A stretch of DNA of 59,244 nucleotides, the filler included. It is 5 parts of 5 records of this genome, joined end to end, with 100 filler letters (N's around TTAATTAATTAA, not from the genome) between each part and the next. Parts side by side here need not be neighbours in the genome. Positions count along the whole stretch, not along the records: positions 7,597 to 36,889 come from SRR2962707_922; 4 more parts are not named here. One strand, given 5' to 3'. The first letter of the stretch is position 1. Every line of letters starts with the position of its first letter. Both the position numbers and the translations under genes were made by a program. Positions 21,021-31,189 of the stretch are shown here, piece by piece. A model generated the notes under the pieces. It was not told the origin of the DNA and did no database searches. It worked only from the letters and a program-made list of their open reading frames with translations.

Positions 21021-22258
21021 GCCGCCTCGAGCATGTCGAGCACCGCTCGCAGCCGCGCTCCGAAATCGGTTTCACCGCCCGTCGCATAGGTCGCGAGGGC
21101 CAGATCGTCTTCCCCCAACTGCAGACAACCCATTTGTGCTGCCCGGTCCGCATCGCCAATGCTGAGCGCGCGCAACAGTGGAACGGCCGGCATGTCTGGT
21201 CCCAGGGTCCTGTCAACTGCTGCAGTTGGCACAAAGGCCGCCGGTGCCGAGGCGCGGCCCAGCGCCGCGATAAGCCAGTTGCGGGCGCGCGGTTCGACGC
21301 GGGCCACCACGCTCGCCTGCAGGTGATAGCGAGAGAGAAACTGCGCTTCGCGCCCGTCGAGTATGGCGCCAGAAAGAATGCGTTTGGGTCCAGGCGTCAG
21401 TTGCGGGCGGGATAGGGCGTGAAGGTCTGCTCCCATCGGAACCCGCAATAGCTGCGGCTGTTGCGTGCCAGGTCCGGCAAGGCTGATGCTGCGCGAAAAA
21501 TCGATGGTGCCACGCGCGAGCAGTTGTCCGAGCGCTGCCACGTCCTGATAATTGATATGCCACACAGGTGCGCTGGACGTCGCCGGATGCAGGCTAGCGA
21601 TGTGGGTGCCGGGAAGTCCGGCGGGATGGAATCCGGTGAATCGCACCACCGAGACACGGTCCTGCGGCTCCACCAGATCAACGCCGTCACCCTGGCAAAC
21701 ATAGACTTGGCCTTGCGTCAGAAGGCTGAGCGCGCCTACGCCGCGAGCGAAGCTATCTTCCATCCCACCCAGGACCACCGCAGGATCAGGCGCATGAGGA
21801 CGCGTGTCGATCGCAGTGACGAACACCGCCGCTGGCTCGGCATCGGGTGCCGGTATCCGGTCGAACGGCCTACTGCGAAGAGCCGGCCAAAGCCCGGCCT
21901 GCTGCATCAGCGACCGCACTCCCGCCGGCGTGCCGGTTGCCGCCAGTTCAAATCGTACCGTGTCCTCCCCCTCGGCTAATATTGTCAGCAGGGAAAGCCG
22001 CCGCTGAGGGCCGATTTCGATCTTCTCGATCCGTCCGGACAATGGAGACGTAATCACTATCTCCGTTCGCTTCCGATCCTGAAACAGCGGGCTGCCACAG
22101 GCGACTGCCTGCCCTGCTTCGACCAGTATTTCGGCGCGGATGCCGGGATAGTCGGCGCCCGCAAGCCCTATTCTGGGGACACGCGTTGGGACAAATTCCC
22201 CGTCCGGCAATGCCCCTGCAAAAGGCAGCGGAAGCCCGTGACGAATGACTATATTCAT
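21017..22258 (-). CDS. nqrA: Na+-NQR subunit A
   Basis: LFQDRK, SPLSG, GLWPALRSRPF, HPAGLPGTHI, LLRAL, LGEDDLAL. Confidence 0.92.
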   Translation of the reverse strand: MNIVIRHGLPLPFAGALPDGEFVPTRVPRIGLAGADYPGIRAEILVEAGQAVACGSPLFQDRKRTEIVITSPLSGRIEKIEIGPQRRLSLLTILAEGEDTVRFELAATGTPAGVRSLMQQAGLWPALRSRPFDRIPAPDAEPAAVFVTAIDTRPHAPDPAVVLGGMEDSFARGVGALSLLTQGQVYVCQGDGVDLVEPQDRVSVVRFTGFHPAGLPGTHIASLHPATSSAPVWHINYQDVAALGQLLARGTIDFSRSISLAGPGTQQPQLLRVPMGADLHALSRPQLTPGPKRILSGAILDGREAQFLSRYHLQASVVARVEPRARNWLIAALGRASAPAAFVPTAAVDRTLGPDMPAVPLLRALSIGDADRAAQMGCLQLGEDDLALATYATGGETDFGARLRAVLDMLEAA

Positions 22259-22312
22259 CCTCGCCTCATTTGCTTTCCGCCAAGAGCATAAGCCAAAAAT
22301 TTGACCGGCACA

Positions 22313-22326
22313 TTGTTCTAGATCAA
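22313..22326. promoter_or_regulatory. FixK/FNR box centred between divergent nqrA and the cytochrome gene
   Basis: TTGTT-ctag-ATCAA (1 mismatch), about 55-60 bp from each start codon. Confidence 0.7.
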
Positions 22327-22386
22327 TACTCCCTTGGACCTTTTACTGATAAGTTGCGTGACAACTTGGGCAGGGAGGAGAACGCA

Positions 22387-23439
22387 ATGTTCAGGCTGAC
22401 TAGGTTCGCTTCCGTTGCGGGTATGCTTCTGGCGGCATGCGGGTCCGCATTTGCCCAGCAATCGCCAGCCACTCTGGAGATTATTGAACTGTGGCGGCAG
22501 TCGGGGCATGCCGATTCCTCGTCTGCATCGTTTACGCACTGGCAAGGCGAGAGCGAGGTTCCCGCCAATTGTGCTACCTGCCATTCCGGAGAGGGCTTCC
22601 GCAGTTTTTACGGAATTGACGGTTCAGCCAAAGGCGAGGTGTCGCACCCGATCGTCCCTGGCGGAGTCATCGACTGCGCGACTTGCCACGAACCCGGTGT
22701 GTCGGATATCGGCAGCGTTCACTTCCCGTCTGGCCTCGAGGTCAGTCCGCCCGACGGCACAGCTACCTGCATGACCTGCCATCAGGGCCGTCAATCCGGT
22801 ATCGACGTGGCGTCAGCAACCCAGGAACTACCGGACCACGACGTCAATTCCGAGTTGCGCTTCATCAACCCGCACTATGCAGTGGCCGCAGCGACCCTGT
22901 ACGGCAGCGAGGTCAAAGGCGGTTATGAATATCCTGGGCGCACCTATTCGGGGCGCTTCGCCCACGTGCCGTCTTTTGCCGCCTGTGCAGATTGTCACGA
23001 CCCTCACAGCTCGCAGGTCCAAGTCGAGACCTGCACCGGCTGCCACCAAGTCGCCGAACTCACAGCTATCCGCACTTCAGGTGCCGACTTCGACGGCGAT
23101 GGCAATATCTCAACCGGCATTCATGCGGAGATCGCAGCGCTACACGCACAGCTGCAGGACACAATCACTCACTATGCCGCCAACGTCGCCGGCATACCGA
23201 TCGCTTATGCGGACCGTTTCCCTTACTACTTCGTCGGTGGCGCAGAGACGACGCCGGCTAACCGCTACGCGGGCTGGACACCGGCGCTTCTGCGGGCTGC
23301 TTACAACTATCAGTTTATTGCCAAGGACCGTGGCGCATATGCCCACAATCCGCATTATGCCGTGCAGCTGCTTCACGACAGCATTACCGACCTTGCCCAG
23401 GCAAGTGGCATGAATGCAAACTTGGGTGAGCGTCCGTAA
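22387..23439 (+). CDS. Periplasmic pentaheme c-type cytochrome
   Basis: Signal peptide; CATCH, CATCH, CMTCH, CADCH, CTGCH; GGAGGAG RBS before the ATG at 22387. Confidence 0.92.
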   Translation: MFRLTRFASVAGMLLAACGSAFAQQSPATLEIIELWRQSGHADSSSASFTHWQGESEVPANCATCHSGEGFRSFYGIDGSAKGEVSHPIVPGGVIDCATCHEPGVSDIGSVHFPSGLEVSPPDGTATCMTCHQGRQSGIDVASATQELPDHDVNSELRFINPHYAVAAATLYGSEVKGGYEYPGRTYSGRFAHVPSFAACADCHDPHSSQVQVETCTGCHQVAELTAIRTSGADFDGDGNISTGIHAEIAALHAQLQDTITHYAANVAGIPIAYADRFPYYFVGGAETTPANRYAGWTPALLRAAYNYQFIAKDRGAYAHNPHYAVQLLHDSITDLAQASGMNANLGERP

Positions 23440-23574
23440 GCGAGTGGGCGGGAAGGCGCGTTCTGCGGTCTTAAAGCCATGTTCGCGGCCCAGTCGTTCA
23501 GAACGGCCAGCAGGTCAAGCTGACCGTCTACGGCAAGTTGCCGCATTCTCCTACAAGCCGGAGGACAGAATCTG

Positions 23575-24555
23575 ATGGAGATATGGTTTCTGCTCCTCGG
23601 AGGGCTCGTTCTGCTGGTCGTGGGCGGCGAGCTTCTGGTCCGTGGCGCCGTGCAGGTTGCGACCCGTCTGGGTGTTTCGCCGCTCGTGATCGGATTGACT
23701 CTGGTCGCCTTTGGTACTTCGGCTCCGGAACTCGTCACCTCGCTGCAAGCAGCGCTCGCAAATGCGCCTGGCATCGCCTATGGCAACATCGTCGGTTCAA
23801 ATATTGCGAATGCGCTGCTCATTGCTGGTGTTGCGGCCATAATAAGCCCAATGATGATCGCTTCAACGGCATTGAAACGTGACGGCATCGTGATGCTTGC
23901 TGTCGTAACGGCCTTTGTAGCATTCGCATTCGTCATGCCGCTTGGCCGGGGCATTGGCATCGTCTTTGTCGGTGCGCTTGTCGCCTATGTCTACCTTGCC
24001 TTTCGGCAGGAGCGATCGTCAGCTCCACAGGGCCATGGGGCCATTTACGACAAGAGTCTCGCGCTACAACAAACGGATGTCGGCCTTGCGCCGTCGAAAA
24101 GGCTGGGGGGCTCGGTTGTCGTGTCAGGCCTGATCGCGCTGGGAGGCCTTGTCCTTGTCATTCTCGGCGGACGCTTTCTCGTTGATGGGGCGGTTTCCCT
24201 GGCGCGCGGGTTCGCTATTTCGGAAACAGTGATTGGGCTGACCATTGTCGCAGTCGGCACATCCATGCCCGAATTGGTAACTTCGGTCGTAGCAGGGCTA
24301 CGCAAGCAGGGCGATGTCGCGTTCGGCAACATCGTGGGCTCGAATATCTACAACATCCTCGGTATCGGTGGCGCAACGGCCCTTATTGTACCTGGCGCGG
24401 TCCCCGCTGAGATTGTCGACTTCGACAATTTTGTCATGCTCGGTGTTACCCTATTGCTCGTGATCTTCGCTTGGACAGGATTGCGCATTGGCCGCCGGGA
24501 AGGTGCAATTCTCCTCGCCGGTTACGCTGCCTACATCTATTTCATCTTGCCTTAG
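23575..24555 (+). CDS. Ca2+/Na+ antiporter (CaCA/YrbG family)
   Basis: Two alpha repeats: GTSAPE...GNIVGSN and GTSMPE...GNIVGSN. Confidence 0.94.
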   Translation: MEIWFLLLGGLVLLVVGGELLVRGAVQVATRLGVSPLVIGLTLVAFGTSAPELVTSLQAALANAPGIAYGNIVGSNIANALLIAGVAAIISPMMIASTALKRDGIVMLAVVTAFVAFAFVMPLGRGIGIVFVGALVAYVYLAFRQERSSAPQGHGAIYDKSLALQQTDVGLAPSKRLGGSVVVSGLIALGGLVLVILGGRFLVDGAVSLARGFAISETVIGLTIVAVGTSMPELVTSVVAGLRKQGDVAFGNIVGSNIYNILGIGGATALIVPGAVPAEIVDFDNFVMLGVTLLLVIFAWTGLRIGRREGAILLAGYAAYIYFILP

Positions 24556-24632
24556 GCCTCTGACGCCGCCCCACCGGTATCGGTGGTCAAGAAGCGGCAA
24601 GCCGAGATAAGTGCTCTGTGCATATTCAGGTC

Positions 24633-24800
24633 CTAGTTCCAGTTCTGGCGCCGGTGTTCCCACGGCGACACCTTTCCATCCGTGTCTGCGGCATGGTGAT
24701 GGGCCGTTGCCGCGCCGAGGAATTCGTACTTGGAGACCTTGCCGTCGCCATCGGGAACCATGCCGTTGAAGCACGCGTGGTGACTCGCGGTGAAGGGGTC
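24633..24800 (-). pseudogene. Degenerate EF-hand protein remnant
   Basis: FNGMVPDGDGKVSKYEF and ADTDGKVSPWE are decayed EF-hand loops; no credible start. Confidence 0.5.
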
Positions 24801-24867
24801 CGGGCGGTCGGATCGGATCGGTGCCGAGCGAGGCCGGTCGAACGATCGGGCCTTTACCTTCGGCCAT

Positions 24868-24881
24868 TTGATCCCAGTCAA
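24868..24881. promoter_or_regulatory. FixK/FNR box upstream of cytochrome b561
   Basis: TTGAT-ccca-GTCAA, 70 bp upstream of the ATG at 24951. Confidence 0.75.
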
Positions 24882-24950
24882 GTATGGGGTCGGCAGGGTC
24901 AGATAATACTGTCCGGATGAACCGGGCCCCACAGAACTGGAAGATACCTG

Positions 24951-25439
24951 ATGGCACCGCAGACCTATTCGAAGACCCAGATTGCTCTGCACTGGATAAT
25001 TGCGCTTCTGGTCCTGTTTCAGATCGTGGTGCATGACGAGATTGTGCGACTCTGGGCCGGACGAATTGACGGCACGCTACCCAATGCTCCGGCCCCGGCA
25101 CCGAACGCTCATGTCGCCATCGGAATCCTGATCTTGGCTCTCGTCGTCTGGCGCCTTGTGCTTCGCCTCACCCGAGGGGTGCCCGCGCTTCCTGCAGACG
25201 AGCACCCGGCGCTGAAACTGGTGGCAAGCGGCACGCATATCCTATTCTACGTGCTGCTGATCGGCATGCCGCTGTCCGGCGCCGCCGCCTGGATACTGGG
25301 CGTGACCACGGCCGCTCAGGCGCATTCGATCGCAGAAAAGCTCCTGATCCTGCTTATTGCTCTGCACCTGTTGGCGGCCTTGACCCAGCACTTCTGGTTC
25401 AGAACAGACGCCCTGAAGCGGATGCTCGGCAGAGCGTAG
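24951..25439 (+). CDS. Cytochrome b561 (CybB-like di-heme membrane cytochrome)
   Basis: YS..QIALHW, HVAIG, HILFY..L..MPLSG, HLLAAL.QH. Confidence 0.9.
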   Translation: MAPQTYSKTQIALHWIIALLVLFQIVVHDEIVRLWAGRIDGTLPNAPAPAPNAHVAIGILILALVVWRLVLRLTRGVPALPADEHPALKLVASGTHILFYVLLIGMPLSGAAAWILGVTTAAQAHSIAEKLLILLIALHLLAALTQHFWFRTDALKRMLGRA

Positions 25440-25526
25440 CCCGATATCGCCAGGGCCATGCCGTCGCTTCTGCACCGGCCAGCCGAGCCCGTTTCGCCCA
25501 TATCCCAACGCAAAGGAACCAAGACA

Positions 25527-26156
25527 ATGTCACTTCACATCGGCGACACCGCGCCTGATTTCAGCATCGAGTCCTCGAAGGGCCTGATCAGCTTTCATCA
25601 ATGGGCGGGAGACTCCTGGGTGTTCTTCTTTAGCCATCCGGCCGACTTCACACCGGTCTGCACTACTGAAATGGGACGGACGGCCCAACTTGCCGGCGAA
25701 TTCGCCAAGCGCAACACCAAACCGCTCGGGCTCTCGACCGATACGGCAGTCGAGCACCTTAAGTGGATCGACGACGTCAACGTGACGCAGCACACCAATG
25801 TCGATTTCCCAATTCTCGCCGATGCCAGCCTCGAGGTGGCAAGGCTCTACGACATGATCCATCCGTTGCAGAGCGCTACCGAGGCGGTGCGGTCGGTGTT
25901 CATCATAGACCCGGACAAGAAGATCCGGCTCACCCTTACCTACCCGATGAATGTCGGGCGCAACTTCGACGAAATCCTCAGGGTCATCGATGCGCTGCAG
26001 TTTGCCGACAAGAAGCAGGTGGCCATGCCGGCGGACTGGCGGCCGGGTGACAGGGTCATCATACCGCTCTCGGTAACCGACGACATGGCCAGAAACAGGT
26101 TCCCTCAGGGTTGGGAGGCGCCCCGTCCATACCTTCGGCTCACCGAGATGAAGTGA
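25527..26156 (+). CDS. 1-Cys peroxiredoxin (Prx6)
   Basis: HPADFTPVCTTE, GRNFDEILR. Confidence 0.96.
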   Translation: MSLHIGDTAPDFSIESSKGLISFHQWAGDSWVFFFSHPADFTPVCTTEMGRTAQLAGEFAKRNTKPLGLSTDTAVEHLKWIDDVNVTQHTNVDFPILADASLEVARLYDMIHPLQSATEAVRSVFIIDPDKKIRLTLTYPMNVGRNFDEILRVIDALQFADKKQVAMPADWRPGDRVIIPLSVTDDMARNRFPQGWEAPRPYLRLTEMK

Positions 26157-26230
26157 CGCTGGACGTTCCCAGATCGTCTGCGGCCTCGTGCCGTGGCGGT
26201 TATCGTATTCCATCAGGCAAGGAGATCAGC

Positions 26231-26617
26231 ATGTACACTTTCGACAAGCAGCTACGGGGCATCGCATTCGATGATGCAGTAGCGCGCACCAAGCAAGTGC
26301 TCGCAACGAAAGGCTTCGGTGTGCTCACCGAGATCGATATGCAGAAAACCATGAAGGCCAAGCTGGAGGTCGACATTCCAGCCTATGTGATCTTGGGCGC
26401 CTGCAACCCAAAGATGGCGTATGAGGCGCTGAAACTGGAGCCGCGCGCCGGCGCCATGCTGCCCTGCAACGTGATCGTGCGACAGCTGGAAGACGGCGCC
26501 ATTGAAGTCAGCGCCATTGATCCAGTGGCGTCCATGACCGCTATCGACAACGATGCGCTGCAGGCGGTCGCCGGCAAGGTTCAGGGCCTGCTCAGCCAAG
26601 CCGTAGACGAGATCTAG
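26231..26617 (+). CDS. DUF302 domain protein
   Basis: GFGVLTEID, ILGACNP, MLPCNVIV; AAGGAG RBS. Confidence 0.92.
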   Translation: MYTFDKQLRGIAFDDAVARTKQVLATKGFGVLTEIDMQKTMKAKLEVDIPAYVILGACNPKMAYEALKLEPRAGAMLPCNVIVRQLEDGAIEVSAIDPVASMTAIDNDALQAVAGKVQGLLSQAVDEI

Positions 26618-26799
26618 TCCCTTCTACGGCCGTCTGCTGCGCGTATTGAAAAGCCAGGCTGGCCTGTACCGAAGCCTTACTATTGCGGCGACTTGGATCA
26701 CCAGCCGGTACTTGCGGCGCCAAGTTGCCACGCTTGTCCTGGCCAACTTTCTCCTGCGCCGCGCCCCCTCGCCGAGATGGAAGAAAGTTGTCGAGTCTG

Positions 26800-26941
26800 C
26801 TGTGCGGCACCCTGGCTGGCCGTCATTACCGCCATTGCCGGGCTTGTGGCCAAGGTCAAGATCATGATTGTTCGGGAGGCCCCGCCATCGGACGCTGACC
26901 AGGACCATGACGGCGGTGGCGTTCCGCCCAGCAAGACCTAA
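26800..26941 (+). pseudogene. DUF4342-like C-terminal remnant
   Basis: AAPWLAVITAIAGLVAKVKIMIVRE matches my recollection of the DUF4342 C-terminus; the upstream part is not recognisable. Confidence 0.45.
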
Positions 26942-27049
26942 CAGGTATGGCGGTCCACGGCCGACCGGATCATGCTCCAAGTGAACCCGCGGGCGTCAGC
27001 AAATATTCAGTCGCTGCGGCCCACCCACGACCGAGACAAACCGGAACCG

Positions 27050-27709
27050 CTACTCGGCCAGCCCGCAGAGGCCGGCCAAGTCGAGGACTTCGATCTGGCT
27101 CACGGTGGGGAGGCGTATCAGTCTTGCGTCCTTGAGCGTCTTCAGCACACGCGACACAGTTTCAAAAGTAAGGCCAAGATAGTCGGCGATATCGTTGCGC
27201 TGCATCGACAGATCGATAATTCGATCAGCGTCCTGTCGCTCATGGAGATCGACTAGGAATGCGGCCATTTTCTCCGATGCGTTCATTCGCCCAAGCAGCA
27301 GCAAATGGTCTTGGATACGGGCCATTGTCCGCAGCGCGATGGTCAGGGCATCCTCTCCAAGCCTAGCATCGGAATTCGGGCGAAGCAGCCGAATACCGGT
27401 GCCGTCCACGCTTTCTGCATAGTTCTGATGTTCCCTGCCGGGCTCGAAACCGAAAACCTCACCGGCAAAGTGGAACGAATTGATCTGTCGGCGGCCATCA
27501 GCCGTTAAGCGACAAATCCGTACGGTGCCGAATTCCACGAGATAGAGTGGACCACTGGTCTCACCCTGGCCATAGATTGCTTCGTTCGGATTGTAGAACG
27601 ACACCGCGCAAGGGCGGGCTTTTGCCAGCAGCGACCGCAGCACAGGATCAAATTGGGTTACAGGTGCGGCCATATGCGATGAAGAAGGGTGAAGCGACTG
27701 GATCAGCAT
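27050..27709 (-). CDS. fixK: CRP/FNR-family regulator FixK
   Basis: DGRRQI, GEVFG, DIADYLGLTFETVSR; no N-terminal Cys cluster; downstream of fixLJ. Confidence 0.93.
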   Translation of the reverse strand: MLIQSLHPSSSHMAAPVTQFDPVLRSLLAKARPCAVSFYNPNEAIYGQGETSGPLYLVEFGTVRICRLTADGRRQINSFHFAGEVFGFEPGREHQNYAESVDGTGIRLLRPNSDARLGEDALTIALRTMARIQDHLLLLGRMNASEKMAAFLVDLHERQDADRIIDLSMQRNDIADYLGLTFETVSRVLKTLKDARLIRLPTVSQIEVLDLAGLCGLAE

Positions 27710-27789
27710 GGCCGTGTCCTCGGTTTCCAATGAACCGAAATTGGCCGAATTCTTCTCACGAGAATATTCCGGTGCGACTCCTAGGGGGT

Positions 27790-28146
27790 TTACTTAGCGT
27801 CCCCGCGGCCCCGCTCTGCCGAACGAAGAGCAGCCTCGACAGCAGCAATGAGCGGTTCGCCCAGAAGCGGTTTGCGAACCACGCGAAAGACCATGTCTTC
27901 GAGCCATGGCGATGTACTGCCAGCGAGCAGGACGATAGGCCCCGACATCACCTGCAGCTCCGCGAGGCTTCCAGGTCTCTCAATCGCCCGATGGTCCAGG
28001 ACGGCGCAGTCGAAGAGTTGATCCTTGGGGATGGTGGCGATGTCAGCCTGAGGCGTAACCGCATACCCTGCGGCCTCAAGTAGGAACTCCAGCGATCTCC
28101 GCAGATCGCTATCTGGCGCAATGATGAGCAGGCGGCGTCTAGGCAT
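27790..28146 (-). CDS. Single-domain response regulator, FixT-like
   Basis: LRRSLEFLLEAAGY, CAVLDH, KPLLG; located between fixJ and fixK; degenerate acidic pocket (IIAPD). Confidence 0.75.
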   Translation of the reverse strand: MPRRRLLIIAPDSDLRRSLEFLLEAAGYAVTPQADIATIPKDQLFDCAVLDHRAIERPGSLAELQVMSGPIVLLAGSTSPWLEDMVFRVVRKPLLGEPLIAAVEAALRSAERGRGDAK

Positions 28147-28217
28147 GGAGCTGGATTCCCGGCGCCACAATGAACCACGCGCCTTGATCTCTTGTAGCGC
28201 CCCTAGACTTTGGTGGG

Positions 28218-28231
28218 TTGTCCTAGATCAA
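28218..28231. promoter_or_regulatory. Imperfect FixK/FNR box upstream of the fixT-like gene
   Basis: TTGTC-ctag-ATCAA overlapping the fixJ stop codon. Confidence 0.55.
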
Positions 28232-28870
28232 GAACGAATCCGATGAGTCATCACCTTTCTGAGACTCGATGCTCAAAATCATCCGGACCAGTTCCGGGAG
28301 GTTCTTAGCCTGCATCTTGGACATCAACCCCGCGCGATAGACTTCCACCGTTCGCGGGCTGATGCCGAGCTCGAAGGCGATGGTCTTGTTCGGCTCGCCA
28401 GACACCACGCCGTTGAGAACCTGCATTTCGCGTTCGCTTAGCGTGCCCAGCCGCTGGCGCGTGGCCTCGATGGTGGCCTCGTTTCTTTGGTGCGTCTGCG
28501 CGGCGTTAACAGCCCGGCGGATCGACTCGATCAGGACATCGTCACTGAAAGGCTTCTCGATGAAGTCCAGGGCACCGTTCTTCATGGCCTCTACGGCCAT
28601 CTGCACGTCACCGTGGCCAGTAATGACGATCGCGGGCAGAAGTGTGCCGGCTTCCCTCAATCGCTTCAGGAGCTCGACTCCGCTCATGTCCGGCATGCGA
28701 AGGTCGGTAACGAGACAGCCCGCCCGGATGCTAGCAGCCTCACGTATGAAGTCTGTTGCGCTCAGGTGTGTGCGCACGGCGAAGCCCGCACTTCCGAGCA
28801 GAAAAGCGACTGAATTCCGGACTGCTTCCTCATCGTCAACGATGTGGACCACGATGTTGACACCGCTCAT
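28223..28870 (-). CDS. fixJ: Response regulator FixJ
   Basis: VHIVDD, DLRMP, TGHGD, DFIEKPF, Lux[15 protein letters not shown]. Confidence 0.96.
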   Translation of the reverse strand: MSGVNIVVHIVDDEEAVRNSVAFLLGSAGFAVRTHLSATDFIREAASIRAGCLVTDLRMPDMSGVELLKRLREAGTLLPAIVITGHGDVQMAVEAMKNGALDFIEKPFSDDVLIESIRRAVNAAQTHQRNEATIEATRQRLGTLSEREMQVLNGVVSGEPNKTIAFELGISPRTVEVYRAGLMSKMQAKNLPELVRMILSIESQKGDDSSDSFLI

Positions 28871-30324
28871 CGACTGGCCTCTTCAATTGTCGGCAGCGTA
28901 AACTGAAATGTGGCGCCGCCAGCACCGTTTCGGCTGGCTTCTATCGTGCCGCCGTGCGCTTCAATGATGCGCCTGGATATCGAGAGGCCAATGCCCATCC
29001 CGGTTGGCTTGCTGGTTATGAACGGCTGGAACAGCTGAGGCGAAACATCTTCCGATATCCCCGGCCCGGTATCGGAAACCTCGACCATAATCCGCTCGGC
29101 TGTAGCCAGGCGAGCGCTAACCGTCAGATCCTTGACCGAACTGTCGCGCATTGCCTCCATCGCGTTTCGCATTAGGTTAATGAGCACCTGCTGGATCTGA
29201 ACCCGGTCGACCAGTACCAGTTCCAAGCCTTCGCCATAGTCGAACACCGTTCGAATGCCGCGCTCACGGGATCCCACCAGAGCAAGTGCGCCCGCCTCCT
29301 CGATGAGGTTCTTGACGTCCTCAGCATGGCGCTCGGTATCGCCTCGCGTGATGAACTCTCTGAGATGACGAATGATTTCTCCTGCCCGAAGCGCCTGCTT
29401 GGCCGCCTCAGACAGGGCACCCCGCATACGGGTTGCTGGTTCCGAGTCGATCTTGTCGAGTATTCGGATGCAACCCTGCACATAGTTGGCGACCGCCGAT
29501 AGCGGTTGATTGAGCTCGTGCGCTAAAGTCGACGCCATCTCGCCGAGCTCGTTTAGGCGCGAGAGGCGGGCAAGTTCGCTTTGTGCTTCGTTGAGCCTGG
29601 CCTGGCTTTCCTCCTGCTCTGTCAGGTCACGGATGAACCCGGTGAAGTATGTCACGCTACCTGAGCGCATTTCACCAACAGCGAGCTTCATCGGAAAGGT
29701 CGATGCGTCCTTGCGCCGGCCCACGACCACTCGGTCGATCCCGATGATCCGCTTTTCACCAGTGCTCAAATAGCGCGCAAGGTAGCTATTATGCTGCTCG
29801 CGATAGGGGCCCGGCATCAGCATGCTGACGTTCTCGCCAACCACCTCCTCGGGACGGTAGCCGAACTGCCTCACCGCTGCGGCATTGAAGGAAACGATCG
29901 TACCGTCCGTTTCGATGACGATCGTCGCGTCGGGCACCGTGTCAAGGATCGACTGGAGGTGGGCTTCGCGACGATGGAGTGCGCGCGTACTCTCCTTCGC
30001 CATGGTATGTGCCCGTTTGAAAGAACCACCCAACCAAGCGATGGTAGCGCCAACAACGACGAAAAGAAGAATGTTGACCACGACCGTCGCTGCATCGTCT
30101 CGGCCCAACGCGAAATATACGACCAGAGGTGCTGACACTGCAGTGCTCAGCAGCCCCGGCACCAAGCCGCCTGCAATTGCGCCCACCAGTATGGCGGGCG
30201 TGAACAACAGGCCAATGGCCGAATTCGGCAGGACGTCGTGGATGCTAAACCGGATCAGGAAAGCAACGAGGATCAAGGCGCCCGAGAGGACGTATGCAGT
30301 CCACCGTCCCTTCAGCGATATCAT
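28867..30324 (-). CDS. fixL: Membrane-anchored heme-PAS O2 sensor kinase FixL
   Basis: N-terminal TM helices, [46 protein letters not shown]. Confidence 0.96.
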   Translation of the reverse strand: MISLKGRWTAYVLSGALILVAFLIRFSIHDVLPNSAIGLLFTPAILVGAIAGGLVPGLLSTAVSAPLVVYFALGRDDAATVVVNILLFVVVGATIAWLGGSFKRAHTMAKESTRALHRREAHLQSILDTVPDATIVIETDGTIVSFNAAAVRQFGYRPEEVVGENVSMLMPGPYREQHNSYLARYLSTGEKRIIGIDRVVVGRRKDASTFPMKLAVGEMRSGSVTYFTGFIRDLTEQEESQARLNEAQSELARLSRLNELGEMASTLAHELNQPLSAVANYVQGCIRILDKIDSEPATRMRGALSEAAKQALRAGEIIRHLREFITRGDTERHAEDVKNLIEEAGALALVGSRERGIRTVFDYGEGLELVLVDRVQIQQVLINLMRNAMEAMRDSSVKDLTVSARLATAERIMVEVSDTGPGISEDVSPQLFQPFITSKPTGMGIGLSISRRIIEAHGGTIEASRNGAGGATFQFTLPTIEEASR

Positions 30325-30476
30325 GTGGCCACCTGCCCGCCCATTTGCTGTGGTCAGTTTCTGAAATGACTGCACCGCATTTGTAAGCTGCCAGCAGCTT
30401 AATGGCGATCATCCGTCCTTAGCAAGCACCCTTCATCACCCAAGGCCGACGCAGCGTCGTGGCATGCCAAGGGCCT

Positions 30477-30875
30477 CTATGCCGACGGTTGCGTCGTCTG
30501 CATGAAAATCTCCGTTTCAAAATTGGCTTCCTCGGTCGTTCCTGGTCCGCTGAGATAGACCTCCCAGGTGAGGCCGCTCGGTGAAAGGGAAGCTTCCTTC
30601 ATTGCTTGTCCAAGGCGGCGACAGACAGCGTTCAAACCTGAATAGGCGCCATTATGCAGCAGCCTCAGGGCACTTGCATCGGGGCTCTTTCCTGCCAGAA
30701 CGTTACCGGAGGCCTTTGCCAGTTCGTCCGGACCAACCGGGAAGCCTACCTCGACGGCCATCGTATTGCCGTCCCAGTCCCTGTAGATGGAAAGTGGGGG
30801 TCCGACAGGGATGACATGGTTCTCCGTGAAGAAACCTTCCAGTGTCCTGAATGACTTGTCCATTACAGATCCCAT
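30477..30875 (-). CDS. GyrI-like small-molecule-binding protein
   Basis: GPPLSIY, VEVGFPV, HNGAYSGL, WEVYL..P, ETEI; GGAGG RBS. Confidence 0.85.
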   Translation of the reverse strand: MGSVMDKSFRTLEGFFTENHVIPVGPPLSIYRDWDGNTMAVEVGFPVGPDELAKASGNVLAGKSPDASALRLLHNGAYSGLNAVCRRLGQAMKEASLSPSGLTWEVYLSGPGTTEEANFETEIFMQTTQPSA

Positions 30876-30919
30876 GATCGCCTCCGCCGGATAAGGGCTA
30901 CAGAGTGGGGGGCGTCAAT

Positions 30920-30933
30920 TTGATATGGCTCAA
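30920..30933. promoter_or_regulatory. FixK/FNR box upstream of the GyrI-like gene
   Basis: TTGAT-atgg-CTCAA (1 mismatch). Confidence 0.65.
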
Positions 30934-31116
30934 GGCCCAGGAACGGTGCCTTGAGAGCGGCGTAACCGCAGGGCCCAGTGCCACCCATCATCATCAGCCC
31001 TGTCGCAGCGGCGAAAACGTGCATTCGCCGTCCACCGCCCCGTGGCCTGCCCAACCCGGCATGGACCCGATGAGTTCGGTCGTAATTGCAACACGCCTGT
31101 TGGGACGTCTTCCGAA

Positions 31117-31130
31117 TTGACCTAGATCAA
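31117..31130. promoter_or_regulatory. FixK/FNR box upstream of the BON-domain gene
   Basis: TTGAC-ctag-ATCAA, 60 bp upstream of the ATG at 31190. Confidence 0.8.
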
Positions 31131-31189
31131 CATCTTGGTCGGCGCGGTATGCCACTTTGCAGCCTGGCTTCTGCAAACTGGAGGCACAT

